NCBI GenBank assembly: GCA_051599415.1
Contig: AP039696.1
Location: 434,001 to 498,000 of the forward strand
Length of the DNA stretch: 64,000 nucleotides
Reading direction: 5' to 3'
Origin: Savitreella phatthalungensis
Taxonomy: Eukaryota
This document shows positions 53,376-64,000 of the stretch, piece after piece. The translations under genes were made by a program, and so were the position numbers. The number at the start of each line of letters is the position of its first letter. The first letter of the stretch is position 1. The notes beneath the pieces were generated by a model that was given only the letters and a program-made list of their open reading frames with translations, did not search any database and was not told where the DNA came from.

Positions 53376-54959
53376 ATGCTCATAGCCACAAGAGTGCTTA
53401 GACATCCAGGATCAATCACTCGTCACCTTTTTAAGACAAACGCTCCCCAATTCAGAGGCCTTCCTTCCACGCTTTCTACCATCATCACCAGAGCCAACCA
53501 CGACATGGCCCAATCAGCAGATCAGCCCTCGGTGGCAGCTCCCGCAGAGGGCAAGTCCAAGGGCAAAACGCCTCGCTACACACTCAAGGTGCCCAAAGGT
53601 ACAAAGGACTGGCAAGGTGGTGAAATGATCCTTCGAGAGCGCATCTTTTCCACCTTACAGGCAGTATTCAAGCGCCACGGAGCAGTCACGATCGATACAC
53701 CTGTGTTTGAGCTACGAGAGATCCTGGCGGGCAAGTACGGCGAGGACTCAAAACTCATCTATGACCTAGCAGATCAGGGAGGAGAGCTTTGTTCGTTGCG
53801 GTACGACCTCACAGTCCCGTTCGCACGGTGGCTCGCAATGAACCCAAACATCGACAAGATCCGCAGGTACCACATCGCCAAAGTCTACAGACGTGATCAA
53901 CCCGCTGTTGCTAAGGGCCGCATGCGTGAATTCTACCAGTGCGACTACGATGTCGCAGGCCAGTATGATTCGATGGTGCCAGATGCAGAGGTGCTCAGGG
54001 TCGTGGTCGAGGCCCTGGAAGCGCTCGACGTTGGCGATTTCACAGTCAAGCTGAATCACCGCAAGATTCTCGATGGTGTGTTTGAGGTCTGTGGCGTGCC
54101 AGAGGACAAGATCCGCACCATCTCGTCCGCCGTCGACAAGCTCGACAAGCTGCCCTGGACAGAGGTGCGGAAGGAGATGGTAGATGAAAAGGGGCTTGCG
54201 GGCGATGTGGCAGACAGAATTGGTGAGTATGTCGTCCTCTCAGGCGATGCCTCCCTCCTAGACACGCTCGACAAGGACGAACGTCTGACGAGCAATGCAC
54301 GAGCCAAGGAAGGCTTGGCAGAGATGCGTCTGCTCTTCGATTACCTAGATGCACTCGACGTCACATCCCGCATCCGCTTCGATCTCTCTCTTGCCAGGGG
54401 TCTCGATTACTACACGGGCGTCATCTACGAGGCAGTCACAGAAGCGAGCGCTCCCAAAGCCAAGGGCAGCGACAATCCAGATGATGCCATCGGTGTTGGC
54501 TCCATCGCTGCCGGGGGACGCTACGATAACCTAGTGGGCATGTTCACCGGCAAGAAGACCGGTGTTCCCTGCGTCGGCGTGTCGATCGGTGTCGAGCGCG
54601 TCTTCTCGATCCTGCGATCTCGCTTGGCAGAAGCTCGTGCGTCAGAGACGCAGGTCTTCATTATGGCTCTGGGCAAGTCAGGTCTGATGCGCGAGCGTAT
54701 GCAGCTCGCCTCGGAGCTATGGAAGGCCGGTCTCCGTGCGGAATTTCTCTACAAGAAGAAGCCAAACCTGCGCCAGCAGTTCGAGGCAGCCGAAAAGGCA
54801 GGCGTCCCTGTAGCCGTCATCCTCGGAGAGCAGGAACTCGAGGCAGGCACCTGCAAGATCAAGCGCCTCGGCACAGGAGAGTCAAACGAAGGCGACACGG
54901 TCAACAGGTCAGATGTCGTTGCCAAGCTCAAGGAGGCTCTTGCGGAAGCTGGGCAGTAG
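53376..54959 (+). CDS. HTS1: histidyl-tRNA synthetase (second in-frame ATG at 53505)
   Basis: [57 protein letters not shown]. Confidence 0.97.
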   Translation: MLIATRVLRHPGSITRHLFKTNAPQFRGLPSTLSTIITRANHDMAQSADQPSVAAPAEGKSKGKTPRYTLKVPKGTKDWQGGEMILRERIFSTLQAVFKRHGAVTIDTPVFELREILAGKYGEDSKLIYDLADQGGELCSLRYDLTVPFARWLAMNPNIDKIRRYHIAKVYRRDQPAVAKGRMREFYQCDYDVAGQYDSMVPDAEVLRVVVEALEALDVGDFTVKLNHRKILDGVFEVCGVPEDKIRTISSAVDKLDKLPWTEVRKEMVDEKGLAGDVADRIGEYVVLSGDASLLDTLDKDERLTSNARAKEGLAEMRLLFDYLDALDVTSRIRFDLSLARGLDYYTGVIYEAVTEASAPKAKGSDNPDDAIGVGSIAAGGRYDNLVGMFTGKKTGVPCVGVSIGVERVFSILRSRLAEARASETQVFIMALGKSGLMRERMQLASELWKAGLRAEFLYKKKPNLRQQFEAAEKAGVPVAVILGEQELEAGTCKIKRLGTGESNEGDTVNRSDVVAKLKEALAEAGQ

Positions 54960-55071
54960 ACTCAGGCGAACGATAATTCTTAATTACATGATAGATACCG
55001 CCTGACAATCCTGCAATCTATGTATATTGCATTACTTTCGGGCGAACAGAACAGCTCTGCTTAGCGTAGCT

Positions 55072-55668
55072 TCATTTCTTGCGTTGACGTGCAGCTTCAT
55101 CAGCCTTGACAAAGCCTGCAACCGACCCGCGGTCGTGCTCCGGCTTGCGGAAGTAGAACAGCTTAGCACGACGAATGCGCCTGCGTGATGGTGGATCGCG
55201 CTTGATGATGCGCACTTCCCTCACGGTTGGGGAGAACAGCGGGATTCGGAGCTCGACACCAGTCTTGACCAACTGATTCCGCAGCATTAAACAGGTCTCC
55301 AGCCCTGCACGGCGGATCCCAATCACGTAACCACTGAACACCGACACACCAGCCTTCGACGGGTAGTTCGTGTACGTGAAGACGCTGACGACGTGGCCAG
55401 GTCGGATACGGTCCGGATTGTCACGCCGGACGAGGGCAGCCTTCTCGCCAGAGACATCGTATCGATCCATCAGCCGCTGTGTCAGCGATGGCATCGGGTT
55501 CTTCTCAGGTGGTCCAGGCAGAGCAGCATGGATCGGAATCTCTCGAGGGGCTGTATACCGGGCAGGCGCCTTGTCAGGCGAAGTCAGTCGACTCAACGAC
55601 GATCTCGTGATATACGACCGCGTCGATGTGAGTCTCAGGGTCATGCAACTTCTACAGAGTGCTGCCAT
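55072..55668 (-). CDS. IMG1: mitochondrial ribosomal protein bL19m
   Basis: IRPGHVV..FSGYVIGIRRAG..MLRNQL..GVELRIPLFSP..RRAKLFYFR. Confidence 0.9.
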   Translation of the reverse strand: MAALCRSCMTLRLTSTRSYITRSSLSRLTSPDKAPARYTAPREIPIHAALPGPPEKNPMPSLTQRLMDRYDVSGEKAALVRRDNPDRIRPGHVVSVFTYTNYPSKAGVSVFSGYVIGIRRAGLETCLMLRNQLVKTGVELRIPLFSPTVREVRIIKRDPPSRRRIRRAKLFYFRKPEHDRGSVAGFVKADEAARQRKK

Positions 55669-55970
55669 GACGGTCTAGTGATGTGTGCACCCCGTGGAAG
55701 GTCCTCTTCCTCAAGGTGTAGGGCGTCGGTGTGTGCAAAGAAAGCCGACCTTTTTTTTGTCTTCTTAGATATGTGCATTTGAAAATTACAGCTGCAGAGT
55801 AGAGCACAGTGGAGCAGGGCAGTGGACGAAGCACAGCAGTCAGCACATCCAGTACACTACTGAAGAAGGATGGTGGATATTGGCTGATAGTACCAGTAGC
55901 AGCATCACAGTCTAGGTCCGAGGTCTCTACGCCCATTGTGCGACAGCTGTACTCAGTGAACTATGACCAG

Positions 55971-58694
55971 ATGAGTGCGTTGCAGCGTACTGACGTCGGA
56001 CGCGTGGATGGCGACGCCGTTGTCTTGCATGAAGACAAGCAATACTACCCATCAGCCAGGGAGGTATATGGACCAGACGTCGAGACACTGGTTCAAGAGG
56101 AAGACACACAGGCGCTGAGCGAGCCGATCGTTGCGCCGCGCGTGGAAAGAAAGTTCGCCATCGAGGAACAGGATCTACCAGATACCTTATATGATCGGAC
56201 ATTTCTGCTTCAGACCGCGGAGCATCCGGAGTTCCTGCGCAATGTTGCTGTAGTAGGACATTTACATCATGGCAAGACGTCCTTGCTCGACATGCTTGTC
56301 ACTCAGAGCCATCCGGGCATCAATCAGCCACGTCGAGATCGTTTACGGTATACGGATAATCACGTACTCGAACGCGCTCGCGGAATCTCCATCCGAGCTG
56401 CACCCATCACACTCATGCTTCCAAGCTCATCTGGCAAGAGCCTTGTAACGACTTTCATCGATACACCTGGGCACTGCAACTTTATAGACGAGGTGGCGTG
56501 CGGGTTGGCGGCCGCGGACGGAATGTTGCTATGCGTCGACGCAGCCGAAGGATTCGTGCCGGAGACTGCCGAGATAGTCCGTCTCGCAGTCGCTCAGCAG
56601 CTCGATATCGCATTGTGCATCACCAAGCTCGACAGACTCATCCTCGAGCTCAAATTCCCACCACAGGATGCATATATCAAGCTGCGGCACCTGATTGAGG
56701 AGGTCAATGTCGCGATCGCTTCGGTCGACCCATCACCGAGCTTGCGCGTTTCTCCAGAACGTGGCAATGTGATCTTCACCGCCGCAACACTCGGCTGGTC
56801 ATTTACGCTCGATTCATTTGCACGCTTCTATGCGGAGCAATACCGGGGTATCATGGTCGAGGATTTTGCACTGCGCCTGTGGGGTGATTTCTTCTACGAC
56901 GAACAGACACGCAGGTTCAATCGGTCTTCAGAAGCGGTTCTAGGCGGCAAGCGCTCCTTTGTCCACTTTATCCTGGAACCGATTTACAAGCTGGTTACAC
57001 ATACGCTGGCGACTGAAAAGCCCGAGCTGGAGAAGACACTTGCCTCGCTCGGCATCAAGCTGAAACCTGCAGCATACAAGCTCGATGCAAGACCTCTGCT
57101 CGAGCTCGTCTCCCAGGAGTTCTTCGGAGAGGCAAAATCAATGGTCGATGTCATCTTCCGCACTATCAAGCCCCCACACCGCAGCTCGCCAGCCAAGCTC
57201 GAGCACCTCTATCAGGGTCTTCCGATGCAAGATGGCCTCTTGTGCCACGCCATCAAGCTATTGCCTGCAACAGATGCCCTCTCCTTCAGCTGTCTTGTTC
57301 GCGTGTACTCCGGTACGCTCAGGAGAGGTCAGCGGGTGAATGTCCTTGATGAGACTAGCGACAACGTTCATATTGCAGAGATATCCGGCGTGTTTCTACC
57401 AGGCGGGCGGTACAAAGCCGAGGTGGAGCAGGTCGGTCCGGGCTCGATCGTGCTTGTTGATGGCATTGACGATTGCATGACAAAAACGGCGACACTGACG
57501 AGCTCGCAGGATGTGCCGCGCTTTGCCCCCCTCGCTCACCTGACATCGTCCGTGGTGCGACTAGCAGTTGAGCCATACAATCCTCCAGAGCTACCGAAGA
57601 TGCTAGCTGGTTTGCAGATGATCAACAAGGCGTACCCGTTGGCGAGCATCCGAGTTGAGGAGTCTGGTGAACACACCATCTTCGGGACCGGCGAGCTTTA
57701 CCTGGACTGCATAATGCATGACCTTCGCAAGCTGTACGCCGGCGTTGAAGTCAAGGTGTCTGATCCGAGTGTCAGCTTCTGCGAGACGTGTATCGAGACC
57801 TCAGTCATCAAGTGCCGAGCAGGCTCGCCCAACAAAAAGAACACCTTGACTGTGGTGGCGACGCAACTCGACGATGCGATCGCTAAGGAGATTCAAGCTG
57901 GGCAGCTAGAGACCAACTCGTATTCTTCATTTCAGCGGCACGGTTGGGATGTACTGGCAGCGAGATCGATTTGGGCGTTTGGTCCTGAATCACATTCGCC
58001 AAACCTCCTCCGCGACGACACGCTCGACGATGAGACCGACAAGGGTCTGCTTTCACAAACGCGCGAGAGCGTGGTTCAGGGCTTCCGGTGGGCGACGCGG
58101 GAAGGACCACTATGCGATGAACCCGTTCGCAATACACAAATCAACGTGCTCGACGCGGTGCTGGCGAACGAAAGTATCTTTCGCGGCGCCGGACAGATCG
58201 TACCGGCGATGCGTCGAGTGTGCTACAGCGGGATGTTGACAGCGACGCCGAGACTTATGGAGCCAGTCTACCTTGTGGCATGCATGGCACCTGCAGAATC
58301 CGTTTCTGTCGTCTATGCAGTGCTAGAACGACGCCGCGGCCACGTCACGCAGGAAGTGGCGATTGCTGGCACACCGTTCTACCGGGTTGTGGGCCTGGTC
58401 CCGGTGATCGACTCGTTCGGATTCGAAACAGACCTGCGCGCACAGACTCGAGGCAAGGCGTTCTGTCAGCTCGCATTCGATTCATGGCAGATTGTGCCAG
58501 GAGATCCCCTAGACAAGTCTGCCAAGCCGCGTGCACTCCAGCAGGCAACCGCACAACAAATGGCTCGTGACTTTGTCCTGAAGACACGGAGGCGAAAAGG
58601 TCTAAATACAGAGATCTCGCTAAGCAAGTACCTGGACGAAGATGCAGTCCAGCTACTTCGGGAAAACGATCTCGTCGACCCGTCCCTTTTGTAA
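55971..58694 (+). CDS. SNU114: U5 snRNP GTPase Snu114/EFTUD2
   Basis: VVLHEDKQYYPSA, GHLHHGKT, DTPGH, EESGEH, GELYLDC, REGPLCDEP, KTRRRKGL. First in-frame ATG is at 55971. Confidence 0.96.
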   Translation: MSALQRTDVGRVDGDAVVLHEDKQYYPSAREVYGPDVETLVQEEDTQALSEPIVAPRVERKFAIEEQDLPDTLYDRTFLLQTAEHPEFLRNVAVVGHLHHGKTSLLDMLVTQSHPGINQPRRDRLRYTDNHVLERARGISIRAAPITLMLPSSSGKSLVTTFIDTPGHCNFIDEVACGLAAADGMLLCVDAAEGFVPETAEIVRLAVAQQLDIALCITKLDRLILELKFPPQDAYIKLRHLIEEVNVAIASVDPSPSLRVSPERGNVIFTAATLGWSFTLDSFARFYAEQYRGIMVEDFALRLWGDFFYDEQTRRFNRSSEAVLGGKRSFVHFILEPIYKLVTHTLATEKPELEKTLASLGIKLKPAAYKLDARPLLELVSQEFFGEAKSMVDVIFRTIKPPHRSSPAKLEHLYQGLPMQDGLLCHAIKLLPATDALSFSCLVRVYSGTLRRGQRVNVLDETSDNVHIAEISGVFLPGGRYKAEVEQVGPGSIVLVDGIDDCMTKTATLTSSQDVPRFAPLAHLTSSVVRLAVEPYNPPELPKMLAGLQMINKAYPLASIRVEESGEHTIFGTGELYLDCIMHDLRKLYAGVEVKVSDPSVSFCETCIETSVIKCRAGSPNKKNTLTVVATQLDDAIAKEIQAGQLETNSYSSFQRHGWDVLAARSIWAFGPESHSPNLLRDDTLDDETDKGLLSQTRESVVQGFRWATREGPLCDEPVRNTQINVLDAVLANESIFRGAGQIVPAMRRVCYSGMLTATPRLMEPVYLVACMAPAESVSVVYAVLERRRGHVTQEVAIAGTPFYRVVGLVPVIDSFGFETDLRAQTRGKAFCQLAFDSWQIVPGDPLDKSAKPRALQQATAQQMARDFVLKTRRRKGLNTEISLSKYLDEDAVQLLRENDLVDPSLL

Positions 58695-59300
58695 CAATAC
58701 TGAGGACAAGGATGCCAATAGCATATATGAATGACTTAGAGGTCGGCATCAGCTACCAGTATACATGGTAGCTCTAGCGAAGACTGATGACTACAAAGGC
58801 GCAAGTGGCAAAAGTGAACTCTAGATATAGCGCTGTATATGTAGCACTGTAGAAGGCTAAAGTCACGTGATCTATAGACCGCGGCTCGATTGGAATCTGA
58901 TTGATTTCACGTGTTTCATCCATTCATTCGAGCCCTAAGCTTGAACCAATTAAAAGCACAGGACATTTCACTTTTGGAATCGATCGATGCATAGAATTGG
59001 AATGAATATTAATGCATGAATGAATGATGGAGCGTAACCTAGCCTGCATCCATTCATCTATTGTACTTTTACTACATACTCGCCAACACACTACAGTCAC
59101 TACTGGAGACAATCGTAATACTGAAGCGGGGTTTACTTACAAGAGAAAAGTCAAGTCCACCACCCCTTCAAACGCGCACTCTCGTCACTCGTGTGCAGTA
59201 GAATCAGCTGCTCTACCAGCCGTTTATATATCTGCCTGACGCGCCATCACTCGCTTGACCATCGGCGCGTCAATTCGACGAGACTTCTCCTATCACGGCG

Positions 59301-60566
59301 ATGTCGCGACCGTCTCCGCCAAAGCCGTATGAGACAGCTGGCGGGTCTACTGCGATGACTGCTACACCGAGTGCGGCATCTGTGCCTGCGCACGCGGTCG
59401 GTGCGCCTCCAGGTGCCACATGCCCAGCCTCTGGCGCCTCCAACATCGACACACAAGCCTCAGCACCAGCACTCCCCGATCGGACATCCACCCTTGCAGG
59501 AGCCAACGCCGCAGGATCCCCAGGCACAATCAACAGACCGACCTTCGGATCATCCTACGGCGTAGGCAGCACATACGGCATGAACTCCGGGTACGGTGGC
59601 GGGTATGGATCGTCGATGTACGGCGGTGGTTATGGGTCGTCGATGTATGGTGGTGGGTATGGGTCGTCGATGTACGGTGGTGGGTACGGTGGGTATGGAT
59701 CGGGCATGTACGGAGGTGGTGGTATGTATGGAGGTGGAGGGTATGGGATGGGTGGGTACGGAATGGGTGATCCAAACAACCCAAATCTGTCACAGCAAAT
59801 GGCATCGTCCACCCAGGCGACCTTCCAATTCATCCAGTCGATCGTCGGCGCATTCGGCGGATTCGCACAGATGCTAGACTCCACGTTCATGGCCACACAC
59901 TCGAGCTTCTTCGCTATGGTCTCAGTGGCAGAGCAGCTCGGACATCTACGGAATACCCTTGGCTCTGTGCTCGGTATCTTTGCACTCATGCGGTGGATGA
60001 GGATGCTCGGGGCTAAGCTCACAGGCAGACCGCTCCCAGACACAGAAATCTCTGCAGAGAACTTTGCCAACTGGGCGTCGTCATCGGAAGGCGCTGGCGC
60101 TGGCGCGGCAAAACCAAAGATGTCCAAACGACCGCTCTTCATTTTCCTCTTTGCCGCCATCGGAATGCCGTACCTGATGTCGAAGCTGATCAGAAGCATG
60201 ACGGCGAAGGAGGAAGAAGCTCGTAGGAAGCTTGCAGAGGACGCTGCCGCAAATGGTGACCCGAACGGCAGCGGCATTGTCGACCCCCAGAAACTCGAGT
60301 TCTGCAGAGCCTTATTCGACTTCACCCCACAGGATCCGCAGATGGAGCTGCCCCTGCGCAAGGGAGACCTCGTCGCCATCCTTGCAAAGACAGATCCGAT
60401 GGGGAACCCGTCAGCCTGGTGGCGAGGTCGATCGCGTGACGGCAAGTTGGGATACTTCCCATCAAACTACGTTGAGCAGGTCCCGCGCAAGCAGGAACTC
60501 CAGAAGCAGATCGAGAGTACCGCCATGGTCACCGACTTTCAAAAATTCCAGTCGGGGGGTAGTTAA
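59301..60566 (+). CDS. PEX13: peroxin 13
   Basis: SPPKPYE start, YG-rich region, GGFAQMLDSTFMATHSSFFAM, C-terminal SH3. Confidence 0.96.
   Translation: MSRPSPPKPYETAGGSTAMTATPSAASVPAHAVGAPPGATCPASGASNIDTQASAPALPDRTSTLAGANAAGSPGTINRPTFGSSYGVGSTYGMNSGYGGGYGSSMYGGGYGSSMYGGGYGSSMYGGGYGGYGSGMYGGGGMYGGGGYGMGGYGMGDPNNPNLSQQMASSTQATFQFIQSIVGAFGGFAQMLDSTFMATHSSFFAMVSVAEQLGHLRNTLGSVLGIFALMRWMRMLGAKLTGRPLPDTEISAENFANWASSSEGAGAGAAKPKMSKRPLFIFLFAAIGMPYLMSKLIRSMTAKEEEARRKLAEDAAANGDPNGSGIVDPQKLEFCRALFDFTPQDPQMELPLRKGDLVAILAKTDPMGNPSAWWRGRSRDGKLGYFPSNYVEQVPRKQELQKQIESTAMVTDFQKFQSGGS
59595..59675 (+). repeat. three 27-bp coding tandem repeats (GGGYGSSMY) in the PEX13 YG domain
   Basis: Directly visible; the units differ only at synonymous positions. 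Confidence 0.85.
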
Positions 60567-60643
60567 CACTCGGCCGAGTAGTAGTACAGATGAAAGATTA
60601 TATCCGATATATGGGTGACTAAAATAGCTAGTTGTACTTGTTG

Positions 60644-62398
60644 TTACAGGTGGTCAAACATTCGCGACATGCGGTATGCGGTCGTCGTTGATGTGCCGGC
60701 GGTGACGGATGGAGGTAATGGTGGTACGGGATGCATGGCTGCTGACGAGAGGTTCAGAAAGCCAGCGAGGTCGGCGATCTGTGGAACGCTCGGTGATGGT
60801 CTCATCTTGGCGTGTCCGACGTCGCCGAACCCGTTCGATCCAGGAGCGCTTGTGAACATGGGTGTGCGCGGAGTGGTGGTGGTGTAGAGGGATGATGTTG
60901 ATCTACTTGAGCTTGCACCATCGTTCTCGTCATCTGTGCTGAAACCATCATCGTCGTCGATCCCGACATCGAACCCGAGTCGCGTCACCCGCGGATCCAC
61001 ATCGCCAAAGTTGAATGCGCGCTCCATCTCGATGATCGTTTTGCGCTTGTTCGCGATCGTCGTCATGTCCTTGCCTCCACGTCGGCGAGAAGGGTCGCGT
61101 CGGAGAGACCGTGGGGCTGTCGACGATGCCGGCATTGCTGGAGGTGGAACCGACGCCGTATGAGCGGTGGCTGTGGGAGGAGCAGCGATCGGACTGTCGA
61201 TTGATGGTGTCGCGCGAGCGAGCGGCGGAGCCAAGGTGAACGCATCTGATGCTGTCGCGATAGGCCTCGTATTGACCGAGGATGCAATCGCCGCCGTATC
61301 CAGACGGTCCAATGTAGAGGGCGAGAAGCTCACACCGCCGGCGTTATTGCCCGGCGTGGCTTTCGCCGCGCAGGACTTCGCCAGATTGATCCGTTTTACT
61401 GGCAGCACGTCAAACGGCGAGTCTGCACGTGAGATGTCATTTGAGATATCATTTGAGAGCGCGAGCGGCAAGTCGTCCCCCATATCGGAATCAAGCGAGA
61501 CTCGAGATGTTGAGGCAGCTGTTCTTCTGTCCTTCAGACCACTGCTCCCGTTACTGCTGCTGCTGAATGTGGATGATATTCGGCGGACGACTGCCATGAA
61601 GGAGCTTCTTGCGAATTTACCAGACTTTTGCGAAGACTGCTTCTGCGGCTTGCCTGTTGTGGTGGGTGGCCGACGGTTGATGCTCAGATCACCGAGCGGT
61701 TTGCGAGAGAAGCTGGTCATGTCTGCTGGGGCCGATTGCGGTGTCGCTCTACCAGAAGAGTCGATCGAGCCCCGGAGACTTGCGATGCCGAGCCTCTCGA
61801 TAATGTCGGAGTCTGTTGGCGAGACCTCCCAGGGTGCGCTTTCAAAGCGTTTGATCTGGGGCCTGGTCCGCGCCTGCTCGGAGATCTCGTAGAAGCTGCC
61901 GCTCGTTCCGCTGTGGATGTCTCCGCTAGAATGGGAGTCGCGCGACAATTGTCGCTGGCTTAGTCGCGCCAGCTTTTGGAGATCTGCCGCGGCGTGCTCT
62001 TCGAGAATGAGGAACTCGTTGAAGCTGTACTGCTGCCGCTCCTCGAGACCAAGAAGCTTGAGTGAGTTTGACCGACCAAGTGGCCGTCGGGAAGAAGCGC
62101 GCAGATATGCTGCGTTTCCTGTGTGCAGGTGGAGGTGTCTGCGTGTCAAAAGGAAGTCGTCGTCCTCATCTTCATCAAATTCGTCATACAGGTCATCAAT
62201 GTCTATGTTGTTGAGGTCTTTGGAGAGAAGGCGGTGCAAGGATTCCCGTCTGGGAGGTCTGCAGAGTGCACGCGCGGAACAGATTGGTTGTTGTGGTTGT
62301 TGCGGTTCTTGGCCCAGCTGGGAGTTGTTTCCAGATTGAGCATGTAGATTGCAGGCTGAGCCAAACACGGGTCTCTCGAAGCGGGGCTCCATAGGCAT
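60644..62398 (-). CDS. hypothetical low-complexity Ser/Pro-rich protein
   Basis: About 584-aa open frame from ATG 62398 with coding-like composition; no domain recognised. Confidence 0.6.
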   Translation of the reverse strand: MPMEPRFERPVFGSACNLHAQSGNNSQLGQEPQQPQQPICSARALCRPPRRESLHRLLSKDLNNIDIDDLYDEFDEDEDDDFLLTRRHLHLHTGNAAYLRASSRRPLGRSNSLKLLGLEERQQYSFNEFLILEEHAAADLQKLARLSQRQLSRDSHSSGDIHSGTSGSFYEISEQARTRPQIKRFESAPWEVSPTDSDIIERLGIASLRGSIDSSGRATPQSAPADMTSFSRKPLGDLSINRRPPTTTGKPQKQSSQKSGKFARSSFMAVVRRISSTFSSSSNGSSGLKDRRTAASTSRVSLDSDMGDDLPLALSNDISNDISRADSPFDVLPVKRINLAKSCAAKATPGNNAGGVSFSPSTLDRLDTAAIASSVNTRPIATASDAFTLAPPLARATPSIDSPIAAPPTATAHTASVPPPAMPASSTAPRSLRRDPSRRRGGKDMTTIANKRKTIIEMERAFNFGDVDPRVTRLGFDVGIDDDDGFSTDDENDGASSSRSTSSLYTTTTPRTPMFTSAPGSNGFGDVGHAKMRPSPSVPQIADLAGFLNLSSAAMHPVPPLPPSVTAGTSTTTAYRMSRMFDHL

Positions 62399-62923
62399 AA
62401 CGACGGATCCTTGAGACGCGCTACAGGCGTGCGAGGACACGGGAGCAAATTGGGTGTCGATGGTGCTCTGGAAAGTGAGCTTGATTGGAGCTTTACCTGA
62501 CTGGAGTCAGAGCGAGCATAACGATCGAGAAGCTTGAGAATGATCTGAGCAATACTGTATTGTCTTTTTGGGCTGTGCTCACGTTCTCGTGACTTTTTGA
62601 ACGTTGACCTCTGGAACGCAGGGGTTCAAAAGGAATGTACAGCTTTCGACCCAACAGGATGAAGCAGGAGAACGTTGTTTGAGGAGGACAGGCGTTGCCT
62701 TATAAGGATGTGTTGATAGGAGATTTGTATGTCCCGAGGAATGTCGTTGGAAAAAGACGCCATCATCAAGTTGGAGGATCCACCTGCTGGCTCAAGCGAG
62801 CCGCTGTGCAGTGTCCAGTGTTGAAGCCAAGGCAAGCTTAGTACGGACTTTTTGTTTATGTGTGTGGGCATGGATGTTCACCCGCAGTACTGGTCACCCA
62901 CACAAATATTCATTCTGGTCACT

Positions 62924-62973
62924 CATTGATACATTGATTCATTGATTCATTGATTCATTGATTCATTGATTCA
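62924..62973. repeat. (CATTGATT)n octamer tandem repeat
   Basis: About six copies are directly visible. Confidence 0.85.
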
Positions 62974-64000
62974 GTCATCCATTCATTCGATCGATCGGGA
63001 AGGAGCTTAATTTTGAATCGATAGCAGTACTAGCTTACACCAGAAGCTAGGTGATAGATCTCGACTTAATTTGTACATTTTGACTCTCTCCTGCTTACAG
63101 ATCCTTTTCAAATGTAATGATCGATCTTCTGGTGATTTCACCAAACCCAGATAAGTAAGTCCAGTCCTGTATACCTCCTCTCTATTTAGACCCTTCATGG
63201 ATCAATCTAGCCAAGGTCTAAAAAGCACTCGTCCGGATATCAGGCATTTTCAACATATTCTATTTAATTCTTCCCAGTTTCCTCATCTTCCCACACTGTC
63301 TCTTTTGTTACAACATATGTTTTCCCTCTTTTCCCCTGCATAGGTTCCGGTCTTAGTCGCATCATCCAATCTAATTCATGTCAAATTTGAGATCAAAAGA
63401 TGGGAATGAGGTTTCGTATATTCTGTCGACTGAGGCTCATCTTACAACAGTATCTATCTAGGACCGATGAAATACAGGCATTTTCCCCTTTCTATTCCAT
63501 GCCGATGAAATGAATTTTCTATTTGCTGACGGCTCTGGAGTCTTTAATCTGACCAAGGTCTATAAGGTCTCTGAGACAAGAGGCTTGGTTTGACAGCTCA
63601 TAATCCATTCAGTCAAACCATGCCCTGCTGATTCCTGCATTAATTCCAAAGCCAGTAAGCATGAGTAATGAGCCCACACAAGTGTGCCCAATAAGTAGGC
63701 TAACCTGGATCATCATATTGGCACGCCCACTGACGGCAGAGAGATACAGATGGGGAGCGTCCCGTCAATCTTCCGTACTGTGAGACACGGGTGCCGGCAC
63801 ACACAGCCGCCTATGACCCTTCTGTGAGAATGGTGAGAAACTCTGGTAGAGACATAGATACCAAAGAGCGTTCCAGCCAAAAAATACCGAGCCAAGGATC
63901 CTTTCACTCCTTGCTCCTCTCTGTCTCTCTAAAACCCCGTACCTCCTGCCATCTGATTGCCATGGCTTGCGCTCAGTCTAGAATTGTCCGTGCCAGCGCA

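Overview
Gene-dense, intron-poor ascomycete DNA. A Taphrinomycotina-like yeast is my inference from gene style and short introns; it is not proven. About 33 protein-coding genes are supported. Most are housekeeping: AlaX editing protein, USP12/46-type deubiquitinase, ATP3, OPA3, TFIIS, PFA4, SIN3, RPP1, CK2 alpha, MIX14, MSE1, GNA1, CLIP-170, URA9, SCM3, cysteine synthase, NDUFAF7-like, HTS1, IMG1, SNU114 and PEX13. Five short introns missed by the ORF track were reconstructed by hand. Three items stand out. (1) An intronless, stand-alone gene at 12482-13447 matches, motif by motif, the cyclic-ADPR-sensing SLOG/STALD domain of the bacterial Thoeris anti-phage effector ThsA, with no SIR2 or TIR partner. 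(2) A co-oriented tandem array of five highly diverged small secreted proteins at 47924-52028 shares a 4-cysteine signature and is a candidate effector family. (3) An apparently catalytically dead RNase H-like gene lies at 26697-27548. I recognised no tRNA, rRNA, CRISPR array or intact transposon. All family assignments are by eye from remembered motifs; no searches were run.
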